Below are positions 1 to 13,100 of a DNA stretch of 36,921 nucleotides, one piece after another. Made by a program: the position numbers and the translations under genes. Each line of letters opens with the position of its first letter. Position 1 is the first letter of the stretch. The notes under the pieces are model-generated. The model saw only the letters and a list, made by a program, of their open reading frames with translations, searched no databases and was not told the DNA's origin. The stretch is from positions 1 through 36,921 of the forward strand of contig JYFJ02003848.1 of the NCBI GenBank assembly GCA_000934665.2, written 5' to 3'. This stretch comes from Catajapyx aquilonaris. Taxonomy: Eukaryota.

Positions 1-444
1 CCTCCTGAGATTTTTTTCTATGTGAGGGAAAGGGTCTGAGCTACAACATTATTTAAAAATCGGATTTTTAAATTAGGCGGATTTTTTTAAAAAAAAAAAA
101 TTGAAATGTTGAAAATGGGACAAAATTTTCAAAAAAGTCAAAATACGAATTTTAAATCCTTAGTGAGATTGGGCTCTCGAATCTCTTCAAAGGGAGCGGT
201 CTACGACGTCTGTAGCTCAATTGGTTCACGAGATATGACCGGTTTCTGAAACCCTACCTTCCGAAAAGGACGTTTTTTTCGGAGGGCCTATCTCCGGGGA
301 GGGGGGGTAANGGGTAAATCTCAAAACCGCGCAAATGGTATTTTTGAAAGACGTAATTAAAGCGATTCGCCGATTTTCGTCAAAATCTGACAACCCAAGG
401 GTCAATTTTCCTTAAAAGCTCGGTGAATTGACATGGAATGACCC
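1..444. mobile_element. End of a non-autonomous DNA transposon/MITE (terminus reads GGGTCATTCCATGTCAATTCACCG on minus strand; possibly Sola2-like)
   Basis: A/T-run-rich non-coding sequence typical of arthropod MITEs, ending in ...GACATGGAATGACCC at 444. The partner TIR is not in the window. Family assignment rests on recalled terminal motif only. Ambiguous base n at 311. Confidence 0.45.
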
Positions 445-1226
445 ACAAGTATTTTGCATCAATATTTGTTTGATGTAGGTCACGTTTTGGATGCAGATAT
501 CGAATGACATTCTATACTTTACTGCCCGGTGCACCCAAACGATTGACTGTCTGACTGCCTGAATAACATGACCACTTCACCTGAATATTTAACTCCCTCC
601 GACTGTAATATCGACCTTTCTGTGTGTTTCTGCTTCAACCTCTGGCCTGTACGTGGTAGTATCAATAAATAATCAATGAAAGACTTGGAAGTTACATTTC
701 TTCTTAAATACAGGCCTACAATTTAGTGAACAAAGTAAAGCAGGCTGTGGGGTCTTGATGGGTCTCCTCACCCCCATCTCTGAGCTCGCCATCTCTGTAT
801 GTACACAAGTCCATCTGAGCAAAAGACACCACAGTATAATTATGATGGGCCTCATCACATCCGATCCAACTTCAGTTTTCTGAGGGAACGACGCGTCTGT
901 AGCACCAAGTGGACGACAAGACCCGCTAGGTAAGGCGCCACCATCTCGGTGAATGCTTTCGCCGCCATATTGAAATGTGGCGGCCAATAGGCGTCTCAGA
1001 TATAAAAAAAAAAAATTTCACGCCTCATTGAACGCCCGGATGATTTTTTGTGTTCAGGTCACTTTTATCCGCGATACATCGGTCTTATTTTAAACCAATC
1101 AATGGTCACATGGGGGTCAAACGTCAAAAGTCATCCTCTGAAACCGGTTTTATGAAATTATAAATGGACATGACTGCCAACGTCGATGGTGACCGAACAG
1201 ACACAGTAAATGCTGTGACATAAGGT

Positions 1227-1893
1227 CAGATTGTCCCTACATGGTCTGCATTCAACTCCTTGTGTTCTTCAACAGATACAGCATCAACATCAGTACATGC
1301 TTTACCACTGTTGGCAGCACCGGCACATGAATATCAAACACTGCTAACGGGGATAAAACAGGCAGAAGAAATCAACAGGATTGTGGCTGGCCCTAACAGA
1401 AAAGCTGTAATCACCCTGGATATGGCCCTGTACGAAATAGCCAAGAAGTTAAGAGATGTTGCTGCCATATTGCAAAGACACATGGGTTCTCCGCATCGGT
1501 GAATTCCATATTGTTTTGTGCGCACTTCGTGCTATCGGTGCTACAGTTGAAGGGAGTGGTATCGACGATGCATGGGTCACTGCAGATGTCTACGGCCCCG
1601 TTACAACACGATAGATCTTGGGAGGGCAAGCATATCAGTTGATGCCCACATCATGACCTTACAGGTATTCTTTGATCTGTACATCGAAGCACTTCTAACC
1701 GAGCAAACGGACCTACAAGACACCCTCAAGCAACCCCTTAAAGAATTAGCTGATGCCTGCAAAGAAGGGAATGCATCTGAGGTATCGCAGAAAAACCGGC
1801 ATGGCTTGCACCAAAAACCTACCGAGTTTGAAGAGAAGCACTGAGATAACCCCATGTTTGTTGTGACTTTGAGGTACATGGATATGGTACATG
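1227..1893 (+). mobile_element. Degenerate DNA transposase fragment, Academ-like
   Basis: Joining frames across frameshifts and stops gives PTWSAFNSL...PLLAAPAHEYQTLLT...VITLDMALYEIAKKL / WVLRIGEFHIVLCALRAIGATVEGSGIDDAWVTADVYG / DAHIMTLQVFFDLY...RYMDMV. The DxxLY, GxFH and GSG motif order is the one I associate with Academ transposases. Confidence 0.6.
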
Positions 1894-2317
1894 GATCGCT
1901 TACGAGAAGAAATTATCGGAAAAGTTGCAAATTGCTCACAAATGGCGTTGACAAATATCTTTAGGGTGTCGGGGGGAAAATGGCACCATCGTTTTTTTCG
2001 ATCAGAATAACCTTCTCTTACAAAATATCCATGGTGACAAGAATTAACATTCGATGCCCACCGTGTAACAAATGCCCCTACACTGTTTCCCGCACTCTAT
2101 TTTGCGAATCATAATTGCGGGTGTGGTTTTACGTTCCACGGCGACGTGGAAATCAAAACCGCGCTATGTTTTTTTGGGCCTCTGCGGGGGGGTCCAACTG
2201 TCCCTTGCCATTCAGTCGTCGTTCAACTCGCGGGGGTCGGCCCACGTGTTATGTCGACAGTTTCGGCAAATCTTTCAGTGGATATCAATACCACGCATGT
2301 GCGATACGTATTTTCGT

Positions 2318-2318
2318 T

Positions 2319-2401
<83 letters not shown>

Positions 2402-2410
2402 TATATATAT
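2318..2410. repeat. (TA)n microsatellite
   Basis: Directly visible TA tract with two single-base interruptions. Confidence 0.98.
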
Positions 2411-3469
2411 TTTAAACCACTTTCCAAGGGAAGTGTAGCGGCAGCATGTTATTCTCGCCGCTTTAAGAAAATGCCCTCAAGCACATGCTTATTATTGTGT
2501 CTCGCAGGCAATCAATACCAGACACATACACCTCCTCAAGTGGCCCCCACATGTCATTCCCACACACCACACCTGACGGGCTTCACTGCCGGTAGCGAGT
2601 TTTATGGCGGTACAGCTCACACTAAAGTTGGGCTGCCGACAGGAGTTAATTAAGACATCAATAATAATGCTAAGAATACAAATCTCAATACCGGCCAAAG
2701 ATTAGGGTGGAACCATCAGTCTTTTGCCTTTTTATAACACATCAAAATGAAGTATGTTGTACGTACTCCCACTTCCTTCCACTTTCTACGTTCCACTTTT
2801 TTGGACGTACCCCTGTGGGAGTTAGAGCCACTACTTTCCAGCTGGGTGGCTATACCCTTGCGTCCCTAAGAGAGGGCGAGGCAACAAAATTTCTTGGGAA
2901 GCCGGTGGGGCACAACTCTCTTCCCGATTTTGCTGGCGTTGAGGGGCTGATGAGGACGGGGGAGATTATCCTGAGGTCTACCCTTGCCCCATGGCAGCGC
3001 CTCGATGCACTCAAAACCTTCTCCTCACTGATCTTCCTTATGCGCACCGGTCAACTCCCTAAAGGTCAATACAAAAAAATAGATGACCATCTTCGCCCCC
3101 TCATCAAACAAACCTTGAACCTTCCGACCCGTGCATCGAATAACTATCTTTATGGAAGCCGAAAGGCAAGGGGGTTCGGCCTGCCATTGCACCGAGCCAT
3201 TGGAGACCCTCCCGCACGTGTTGGGCCACTGCATGTGTCATTCAGCATATTATCAACATCGACACAACGCGGTGGTCCGGCGCGTGAGGGAGGCTGCCAG
3301 GGCGAAATTCTCCATCATTGGCGAGAACCAGAAGATCATGAAGGATTGCCTCCAGAGACCTGATCTGGTGCTGGCTAGCGGCGACACAGCATACGTCGTG
3401 GACATCACGATTCCCTTCGAGAATCGCAAGGTGGCTTTCGAGGAGGCTAGACGGAGGAAATAAGAGAAG

Positions 3470-3830
3470 TGTGAACGGTCCAGGAATTTCACCACTGTCA
3501 TGAAGACCCCATTTGATGTATCTATACCTCCAACCATTGACCTTGTGTATGTGTATCTAATGTGTGGTCATGTGACTGTTCCATGCTTGCGGTCCCATCA
3601 TGCAGTGGGCCCAGTTCCCTATATAAGCCATCACCCGTCCCCATTCGAGGCCTTTTCACTGGGACAATATCCCGGTGATGGGTCCGGGTCAGTGGTGGTA
3701 TCCTCCCACCACTGCCCGTAACCACCCTTCATCCTTTTCCCTTTTCATCCTTAACCTTTACCTAAGTAACGAAATAGACATCATATAGCAAGTCACCCAC
3801 GTAGTTGTTCTTTGTGTCCATCCTGTCACA
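3470..3830 (+). mobile_element. Solo LTR (361 bp), probably Gypsy-type, inserted in the Utopia endonuclease
   Basis: Termini TGTGA...TCACA. 4-bp TSD GAAG at 3466-3469 and 3831-3834. Internal TATATAA at 3620-3626. Removing it plus one TSD rejoins the Utopia frame (RRK*EKYAELADKLK). Confidence 0.88.
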
Positions 3831-4097
3831 GAAGTATGCAGAGCTAGCTGACAAACTGAAGACCAAGTATCGGCGTGTCACTGTGGAGGCGATCATTGTC
3901 GGTGCTTTGGGAACGTGGGATCCGGCCAACAACAAATTTATGCGCAAACTTTGTAGCCGGTCTTACTTGAAGCTCCTCCAGAAATTGTGTGTCTCAGACG
4001 TCATTTCCTGGTCTCGGAAAGCCTATATCGCACATCTAACGGGAAAGGAGCAGAGATGAGGCTATAATGTGAATAAAGACTGGTTATCCTCCCCCCT

Positions 4098-4320
4098 CAT
4101 GTACCCCCGCGAGCATAAAGATGGAGACGGCAGGCCCTTTTTTGACCTTTCTTTATCCGACTCAAATTAATGAACTATTTTTGGACCGAGTTAGCTGCTT
4201 CAGGCTTGTGTTCATGTATTTATGACAGTATAATTGATACTGTAATTGCTGAGATTGGCATAGCAGCCTGCCGAAGGTGAGGGCCTGCCGTCTCCATCTT
4301 TATGCTCGCGGGTGTACATG
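4098..4320. repeat. 41-bp inverted repeat (4098-4138 / 4280-4320, one mismatch) in Utopia 3' UTR
   Basis: CATGTACCCCCGCGAGCATAAAGATGGAGACGGCAGGCCCT versus AGGGCCTGCCGTCTCCATCTTTATGCTCGCGGGTGTACATG. Confidence 0.95.
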
Positions 4321-4512
4321 TATGTGGATGGAGTGTGGTTGATATGACTGTGATTGTGCAACGGTGAAATAAATGTTATGATGATTCTTTTCAGATGAAC
4401 TGACTTGACGCATGTATTGAAACATGAGATTTTACTTGACGATAATGTATTCTTCGTTTGAAGATTCTGGTTCATTTGTTTACTGTATGTGGCATGATAT
4501 TAATAAAAAACA

Positions 4513-4532
4513 ATCTGTTCTTATCAGCTTAA
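4513..4532 (+). pseudogene. U2: 20-nt fragment of U2 snRNA (Utopia 3' target sequence); not a full U2 gene
   Basis: ATCTGTTCTTATCAGCTTAA matches U2 just downstream of the branch-pairing GTAGTA, with the arthropod-type CAGCTTAA. The match stops at 4532 and no upstream U2 sequence is present. Confidence 0.88.
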
Positions 4533-4745
4533 AGCCATACTGCTATTAAGAGATGCCAAGGTGACACAGTTGGAGGCAAACCAAGGAAAAGGCCAGGGTG
4601 ATGCCTCAGATGATTACCCAACCTACTTCTAGAGAGGACCCAGTATATTTTTGTATTAGATTTAGTGCAGCTGTATAATAAGGTGCTATGTCATTAAAAC
4701 GTTTAAATAATGCGCATATATTGAGAGCCTCTAGGCAATGCTCAC

Positions 4746-7180
4746 GTCCATAATGACCATTACTCAATTGAAGTACGACACTGGAACCCGCAGAAAGAGG
4801 AATTGGAATATCGCAAAGGACCTTGTCCTTTTCCAAATAATTAACCCAAGGTTTCAGGCAAATCCTCACCACTGACAAGGTGCCGCAAAGGGCCCAGGAA
4901 ATCCTTCCAGACAGAGATACGTCTTCCATTACGACCAGGAGGGGAAAAAAAACTCTGGTATATAAGTGTAAAAAACGCCGGTTTTCATTCGCACTCTCGA
5001 TTATTACATCAGCCCAATTATTGGGATGCAGACGTCCAACTACTGTCAACTCTCGCTGGAATATTAAAGAGTTTCATTAATGTCACTTGCACCATACAAG
5101 GAAGAAGTGGAGGAAGGAGGAGACGAAAAAATCCCCCATATGGCTAATGTGAACAGGTAAAAGGCATCACTTAGTGAGACTAGTGATCATGAGACATTTG
5201 TCAGAATCTGCGAGAAAAAAGGTGTTTTGTTACAGAAAAATTAAATATACTCCTATATTCCATTATATCGTAGTTATATTACTGCCATTTTGATAAAAAT
5301 TCCCACATGATCGCCAGCCAAGTGTTACCTGGAACTGTCCCAAAAAAATGCACAATCCAAAAACGAATGGCAACTTGGGTCTCGGGAGGCATAGGTCACG
5401 AGGAGCTCCCTTCACGTAGAGCAAGACGGACTATTGCACGCCCAAAATCCATCTCCGGTTCAGTTGGGCGAGACTCACACTAACTCCCATAATAATAACT
5501 CCCATAAATAAGGAGCCATAACAAGAGAAGTCATTCTACCCAGCAATATGACGAGTGAGGCTAGGAGAGCAATTTGGAAAAGGTTATTATCTCAACATTC
5601 CGCATAATACTCTGCGAGGTCTCCGCACCTTCATGAAGAAATGGTCTCTGCCCATTTCGTAATTACTGAATAATATTTAATAAGTTTACGCGTGCCAACA
5701 CCTCAATTTGTTCAGTAGTCAACTCTACTAGAATCGAGAGGACACGAACGAATCATTACGCAGACCAAAAATCAGGTCTCGGTAATGCAAGCAGCATTTA
5801 CTGGAACGAAGTTTAGAATACAAAGATCAGGCAATGGCCGACTGAGTCGTATTGCGTACATTTCATTCGACTCGAACAGGCAGGAATTAAAAATTACATT
5901 GAAACATAATAGTGACCAGCACAAGCGGACAAATATGAACGCCCATTTTGAATATTAATATTAATTAAATATAAATTGTCAAGACTTCACGTTAAAGACA
6001 GACGGAGAAGACGCGAAACCGCTGGAACTAGATCCAAAAAGGGGGGTGGGGGCGACTTTCTCTACAAATATAGATATGTCAACCTGGCAGTGAAACCAAG
6101 TGACGAGAGAAACACACAGCTTCACAAGTGGCTCAAAACCATGTCTGAATTTGCCGGAAGAATAATTGTCAATACATGGGATTCAATAAAATATTAGCAA
6201 ACGCTTAACGCAAATTAACACTTTCACATGAAAGACCCCCAACATTATTATGTTAACATAACATGCTAACCAATATTTAAACTTCAAAAATGCCCTGTAC
6301 TAATTTTTAAATTTATCAGACACACTTGAACAATTAACAGCTGTGGCAGAGACATACCAAAGTTTAGAAGCAAAGTACAAGCCATTACCTTCGGTCAATT
6401 TTGGGCTGCGTTGCAAGACAAATATCTGTAGCCACATTATGATTATTACTTGCACTAAATTGAATATGACACTTCTTCAAGTGCTGTTTCCCGTGGAAAT
6501 ACAGCATTTCCAAAACACTGAGATGTGATAAACTAAGCAACGACAAAGACGTGGTGAAGATCAACTATACTGAATGGAACAGCACAAAAGGTCATATTTT
6601 ATATTTGACAGTAGCTTGTACATGGAAGTATTCGGTTTATTTATGCACCAGGATCCCTCTCCATAGGTCATTCCCACACGAGCAATCTCGGTTAATTGAT
6701 CGCGTAATTATTCGCCATGTTGTATTTTAATGAGTGACCATCAGAGCAAGAACAATACGCTGCACTTAATTCACCGAATTAACGCAGTGTAAGATAGGTC
6801 TGTAAGATAGACACAAGGAATTGTGAAGGAAAACAATCTGCACAGAGGGAAAATAAGCAAACGATTACAAAGGCGGACTGCGACTATTGACCCAGCATCA
6901 CATACCAAAAACCTCCAAACAACATTCGTATAGCACATAAATTACGTTAGACTGTATAGTGTATATGATCAATATATTTCCGGTCATTTAGCTTCTGCCC
7001 AAGTCTCCCGTCAATCCGCATGTCCATAATGACCATTACACAGTCGAAGTACGACACTGGAACACGCAGAAAGAGGAATTTGAATATCGCAAAGGAACTG
7101 GTCCATTTTGAAATAATAACTTAACTCAAGTTTTAATATAACCCTCAGCAATGACAAGGTGCCACAAAAGCACCAAGAAA
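4746..7180. repeat. Direct duplication ~155 bp: 4746-4901 and 7022-7180
   Basis: Both begin GTCCATAATGACCATTAC...GAAGTACGACACTGGAAC.CGCAGAAAGAGGAATT.GAATATCGCAAAGGA and share TGACAAGGTGCC.CAAA. Confidence 0.92.
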
Positions 7181-10100
7181 GGCCTCTCGGAAAAGTGTAA
7201 CAATGGATGGAAACTGCACAGACGGACTTGTAATACTTTATGGAAAGGCTGTGCTCAGTTTCTTTCGGTTACGTCCATTTCTTCACTGGAAAATGTTTTA
7301 CTCTACCCATTGAGAATTGGTTGTCATAGCAGAACCTCCAGTTCACAATGACCAGGGGGCAATACAGTGAGTGTACCACACATGAGGCACATTTCCAAGG
7401 GGCATGAGAAGTGCCTGAATATTCCATATGTCTCACGTGAACAGGAAAAGGAATTACAGATGAGCAATCTCAAATTGCTATTGTGCCACCCACCCACCCC
7501 ACTGGTATAAGCAGCGCGGTGCAGGAATATTGTCAAGTACTACACTACACAACAACTGAAACACTGCAAAATGCAACAACACCAGGCACTTCTTGATATG
7601 TTATCTGGCACAAAAATAACAGACATCCATTGTGCTCATCTGGTGCAATAAACATGGTCAAATTAAATTAGGATTACTACGCGGATATGCTGCTCAAATG
7701 AGCCAAAATGAACAATCATGGGCTCACAACAACAGGCCTGACCCAACACGTGGTTGGAATAGTAGCAGTGGGAGATGGACCATATTGTGAATGACACATT
7801 TCGACACAATAAGGACCCAGCACATTTACGGAAATTAAGATTATTCCGCCACCAATCAAATGGGCCAACTTCCTCCTTGCCCCCCTTTGTCCTGCTATTC
7901 GATGAATAATGCACTGGGACTGGCTTAAGATAACAATGCCCGAAGGCCAACAATGCCCGAACCGACCTAAGTCAAAGCACGAGTCTGAGATAAAAAGGTG
8001 AAGGTCAAACGACTCATTCAAGCTATACCTTCACTAATGCCACATAACCATAAAAACCAGAACGGATCCAGACGAGAGCGAGGATTATTTTGAACTTAGC
8101 GTTACAAAAGAGAGAGTCATGAGAATCCTGTGCCACATCCTGAGCTTATAGTTACAAATGAAACACGTGCCGAGATCACATCATTACAGCAGACACTGAC
8201 GGTACGATTTATTACAGGCAAGCCGCGCCGGAAATGCAATAAAAGGCATGCGAATGTTTAGTAAATAAATTCCTCTCTTGCTATACAAATATGGAGGGTA
8301 TAAATACTTGCACTGCCTACAGAGTACACAGGTATCGCTTCTGCGGATGTCAACATGCTTAGGAATATGCTATGGTTTCTCTAAAGTCTGAATTATTTGA
8401 AAGAGAACTCCAGAGCAGGCAACGGCCACCTGTCTGATGAGATGCACATGATTCAAGACGGCGGAACAAAGGCTTTTGACCCTGATGGAAGAAGACAAAG
8501 CTACATGCAGACTGGATCCATGTCCGTGTTCACTATGTCACATTTCGTTTTTATTAGGACGACAACAGTCGAGCATGTCATCCACGACGCAGAGTGACTC
8601 GAGCTTGTGGAAAACAAAATATTAATGTGGCCTAAATGTGGGCACAACAATAGCCTGCTACCCACATACGGTACTTAGAACAATCAAATCACCGAACCGA
8701 AAAGTGACACTTGAGGCGCACCGAGGACTCATCCTTATACAAAAAATGAAAATTACCCACGATACTTTTTCTTTGCCTTTCTCTCATAACTCAGTCTGAT
8801 ACTTCTCATTATATTGTGCGACCAAAAAGTTATCGATATTATAAATTGTGCACATTGCATTGGCCGAGGTACAATATATCAAATACGGTTGCGATAAGTA
8901 AGAGCTGCTATAATAACATTCCGTTTTGATACTCTTGACGGCCAGAGTGTGAAGACTATAATAAATATGCATTGCAGTACTTAGTAGAACCCGGATTTCA
9001 GTTCATCAAGCTACCACGTACCCAGACAACGGTAAAAAAAAAACTGCGACGCACGACTTGAAACACCAGCAAGTAATAATTAATATAATTATGATGATAT
9101 TAGAAAGTGAACAATCATCAGACGCAGCAGTTTTCAATGCAGATCATATTTTTCAATTATTAACATATACTTAAATGGCCCGCATCTTCCCCTACTGGAC
9201 ATGATGCCTCGCAAATCCGTATCCCAACCACTATACGTCCGAGGATGTGACTATATGCTTACATGTGACTTTCGTGTGACATACATCATTTTGTATTAAC
9301 CAGCATGGAAAAAACAACATGCAGCCGGCCGATTGATGGAGGCAATAATAGAACGTATCAGGACACCAGACCGGCCAGTGTGGTTTGATGACAGGACATC
9401 ATACGAGGCGATCAATATATTGAAGTATTGCCCTGCACCAGACGGAGGGAAAACTTTATGACCTTTCAACGACTTCATGAAGATTTAAGGCACACGCTGA
9501 CTGGGTCTGGGAGGAGTGATCCAGGGCCAAACAAACTTTAGTATGGCAAGAAGTGTTAAGAAACGTGGCAGTTGGCAAAGAAAATACTATTAACACGTCA
9601 TGAGAAAGACCCAGTTTCGCATCGAAAATGATCCGGGTTGGCAGAGACACTCTCTATTGAAACATATATATGAAGACGAGTACAACTGGCAGCATATCAT
9701 TCACGAAGCGCACCATCCCAGAAACAGAGGATTAAAAACATACCTTCCCTCCTGAAACCCATTCTATATCCTATATTCGCTGTCACTGTGTTATAATACG
9801 CACATTTATTTACAAGTGCGACATGTATTTCTCCCTTTGTGTAACCAAAGATAATGCAAACATGAAACATTCACCAAATTCAAGAAACAATTATTTTCAC
9901 GTGTGCTTTTCATTAGTTTCAATGTGAACCCCGTTGTTTGAGTATACGTTGATTCCTCTACTTGGTTACCAACAACATTTGTCCCGTGCTCACGCAGCCT
10001 TGATGAATGTATTCCTTAGAAGTGTTTTATTTAAACTAACCACCAGGAGGTGATATTAATTTGCAATCCCGCACAAGCACATCATATCAAAGGCGAAAAC

Positions 10101-13100
10101 CTACAATAATGACACAATTAACGACATATTAAGCAGGAGTCACCCATGTACCCATAATGTACCATTCCCAGCGACGAGCAATATAATCACAGGTACACCA
10201 CTGTTAAATGTAATTACAGCGCAAAAGTGCTTGTAATCACCACTTCTTGACTATGAAAAATCTGCACCAGTCTTACTTAAAAATTAGATATAAATTGTAA
10301 CACAATGGCTGGGAAATATCCCCTTTTTTCAGTTGCGCAGGGCCCTGTTTCTCTGGACGAAACACTGCTGACGGTCTTTGCTCCTAGGATGATTCATTAA
10401 ACCTGTGTGCGTAATACGCAACATTGTGGACAATGCCAAAAACTACACAGGCAGACGAATAATGCTCCATCGAATGGCCTCAGTTTTAAAATGCCCACTT
10501 CAAGTTAAACAGTTACAACAAAATAATGGTGTTTACCAATAAAATCCCAAATCAGAATTGCCAACTTGCCTGTTTCAATATGATTTCACCATTGATACAC
10601 CAGTTATGATTGCAATTCCTATATTTAAAAGTGGATGATTTCCCTTTGGGAAGTTGCAATGAAAAAACCATACCATCCAATCAATTTAATGAAATGTTAT
10701 AGTAGAGCAAAGCATCATCAACACATGCAAATTGGCTGCCACCTCCAATTGCCAGAAAATCCGTAATCAAAATCATTTGGTTTCTACAGTTATCTTCTAG
10801 AAGACTGCAACTTTGCGCAGTGCTAACCACCCCATCGCAACACATGAAACAGAATTTTGAGTGACAGCTCGCGATAAACAATAATATTCACACTCTTGTG
10901 TATATTTTGGGCCAATCTCGTAATGTTATTGCCAAAAGCAAAAGAGAGCACCCATTTCATTTGCTTTAACATGTGGCCACGTCCCGCTTTTCGCCAGAGA
11001 CTTGATCGGTGAGTATCGCTATTAGCTTATTGGAAACTGATCCAGAAGCTAATAGAATAGTGACTTTTCACCTTGTAGTTAAATAGAAAGGTACAAAATA
11101 GCCTTCAGGCATGGTACATCAATGGGTATACCATGAGGCACTTACACTGGAAAGGTAGAATAAAGAGAATGCCTATACTTTTAACACGAAGTAGTTGGTT
11201 GCACCAAAGCCATCATCCACATTTAACAGCTCAGTCCATGTCCGAGAAGAGATGTCGCGAAGCCCAGATTCAGATAGAAAAATTCAAATTGAGCACAGCT
11301 CTCGCCAAATCACGCGGATACGCTCCGATCAATCAGAAAGATGACACCAAAGCCAGGAGTGGACAAAAAGCCTTGCTTGAACAATGATGATACCAGTAAT
11401 ACAAGGCAAAGCCCGAGATTCACTTCGGATTTCCAATCTGCGATTTCACATTAAACCTTGCAATAAGCTGGGTACCCAACAAGATAAAAGTAATATTCCT
11501 TAGATACAATAGTTGCAAGTTAACTGAAATACAATTACGACAATCTCACCAACAGCGTTCTATCCGGTTCACTTGGTTACTGACGCAACTGAAAGCAGAT
11601 TTTGAACAATGATCAGAGACCCAAGACGAAGGGAAAACTGCGGCCACGTATACTTACGCAGGTGGCGACTGCAGTGCATTCCACGGGTTGAAATGTGCGT
11701 GATACCGACTCTCTAGATATTAAATCCGAGAATATTTCATAACATCGAGGCACATTCCGTAGTATCCGATTATATTTTGGGTTTTTAAGAAACTTTGTAC
11801 CCCATGGCAACTGGTGAAACTCTCATAAAACGGAAAAGCATAATGATGTTCATGCATCGAAGACATCCTCCTACAACCAACTAAAATAGAAATCCTGTCG
11901 TCGTTGTCCATTCTTGGTGTTCATCGAAGCTTGAGTTGACATCGTAGTGTCCTGCATTCTGACGTTTTGAGAGCACATAAAAGAATAAAACACGAGGATT
12001 GAACCAGGAGGGAGCCACTCCTGACTGAATCAAATCGAGAAGATGCAGTGCCTGAATGATTTTTGAGAATAAATAACGACTCAGCGCCAGGACACGTACG
12101 CACTGAATTCCTTCTCAAAACACGCCATAATCTAGCAGTAACAGACATCCAGACGCAAAGGGTGTTAACTCACAAATAATGCAGACCATAGATATTCAAC
12201 AGGACAGCCGAATTTTCATATGATTCTGGTCCACCTTGTCCCCTTAATAGTTGTCGCAGTTGGTTTCTTCTGCTTCAATGAAACCACAATTGAACTAATT
12301 TTGTCGTCTACCAGACGAAGTAGATCAATAATAACCCCCATACCAAACCGTTCTTATTAGCAGACACCTAAATGAGAATCAGAAAAAAACCACGTGAAAG
12401 TAGAGACGAGATCCGACTACTACGACCCTGGAAACAAAGACCTACGGATAGAGACGCTCCCATAGTGTTGACGCCGACTTGATACAAAAAGCAGAAATGT
12501 CCAAAGTCATGTGTGACACTGACAGAAAACCAAATACAATACACGTGTCTCAAAAACGATATGCATGAAGCGGATGTCATCACAGTTGACAACAGCTCAA
12601 GCCATGTCAGAGAGGCACGAAGCACTTTTTCATAGGTTATCGATTTATACACTTGATGACAGAGCTCCATGAGTGAGGTCAACTGCAACTTTACTAGCAG
12701 GAAATTGAAGGGAACTGTAAAATCACATCACACACAGGAGGGCGAAGCAGACTGCGAACATGTACAAACCAATGAGGTATAAGTCGTAATAAATACGCGT
12801 GAGCCGGTTCCCTCCAACGCACCTGAAAGAACAAGAGAAAGTGGGCTTCAATGCAGAGTCAGGATTATTTCTGCACAAAATCTGGCCAATTTGAGGCTCA
12901 GAATAGCAATATCATCGGTGGTTTATCTCGATCTAGCCCAGATCGAGGCATTTCGGGTGTACGCGTATACGACATCCCACTCCTTTCGAGAAGGAAGAGG
13001 GCCTCTCTTTAGTGGGAAGAGGACTGGATAGCATCTTAGGATGCGTGGATGATGCGCATACCGGTGGTAAGCATGGTATGGATGCTGCATGGAGACTGGA

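Larger units (their letters stand above)
2785..4512 (+). mobile_element. 5'-truncated, internally deleted Utopia (NeSL-related, U2-snRNA-targeting) non-LTR retrotransposon with restriction-like endonuclease
   Basis: RT C-terminus (KFLGKPVG...LAPWQRLDALKTF...LYGSRKARGFGLP), CCHC knuckle (CHC...ETLPHVLGHC), RHN motif, RLE core (RPDLV...VVDITIPFE...KY...IIVGALGTWDPAN), stop at 4059, 3' UTR, AATAAA at 4502-4507, then U2 sequence. Confidence 0.9.

Noticed and set aside
2072..2415. ORFs ending in YIYIYI
   Set aside because: Translation of the (TA)n microsatellite.
8831..8838. DRE motif TATCGATA
   Set aside because: A single 8-mer without other promoter context; expected by chance in a window this size.
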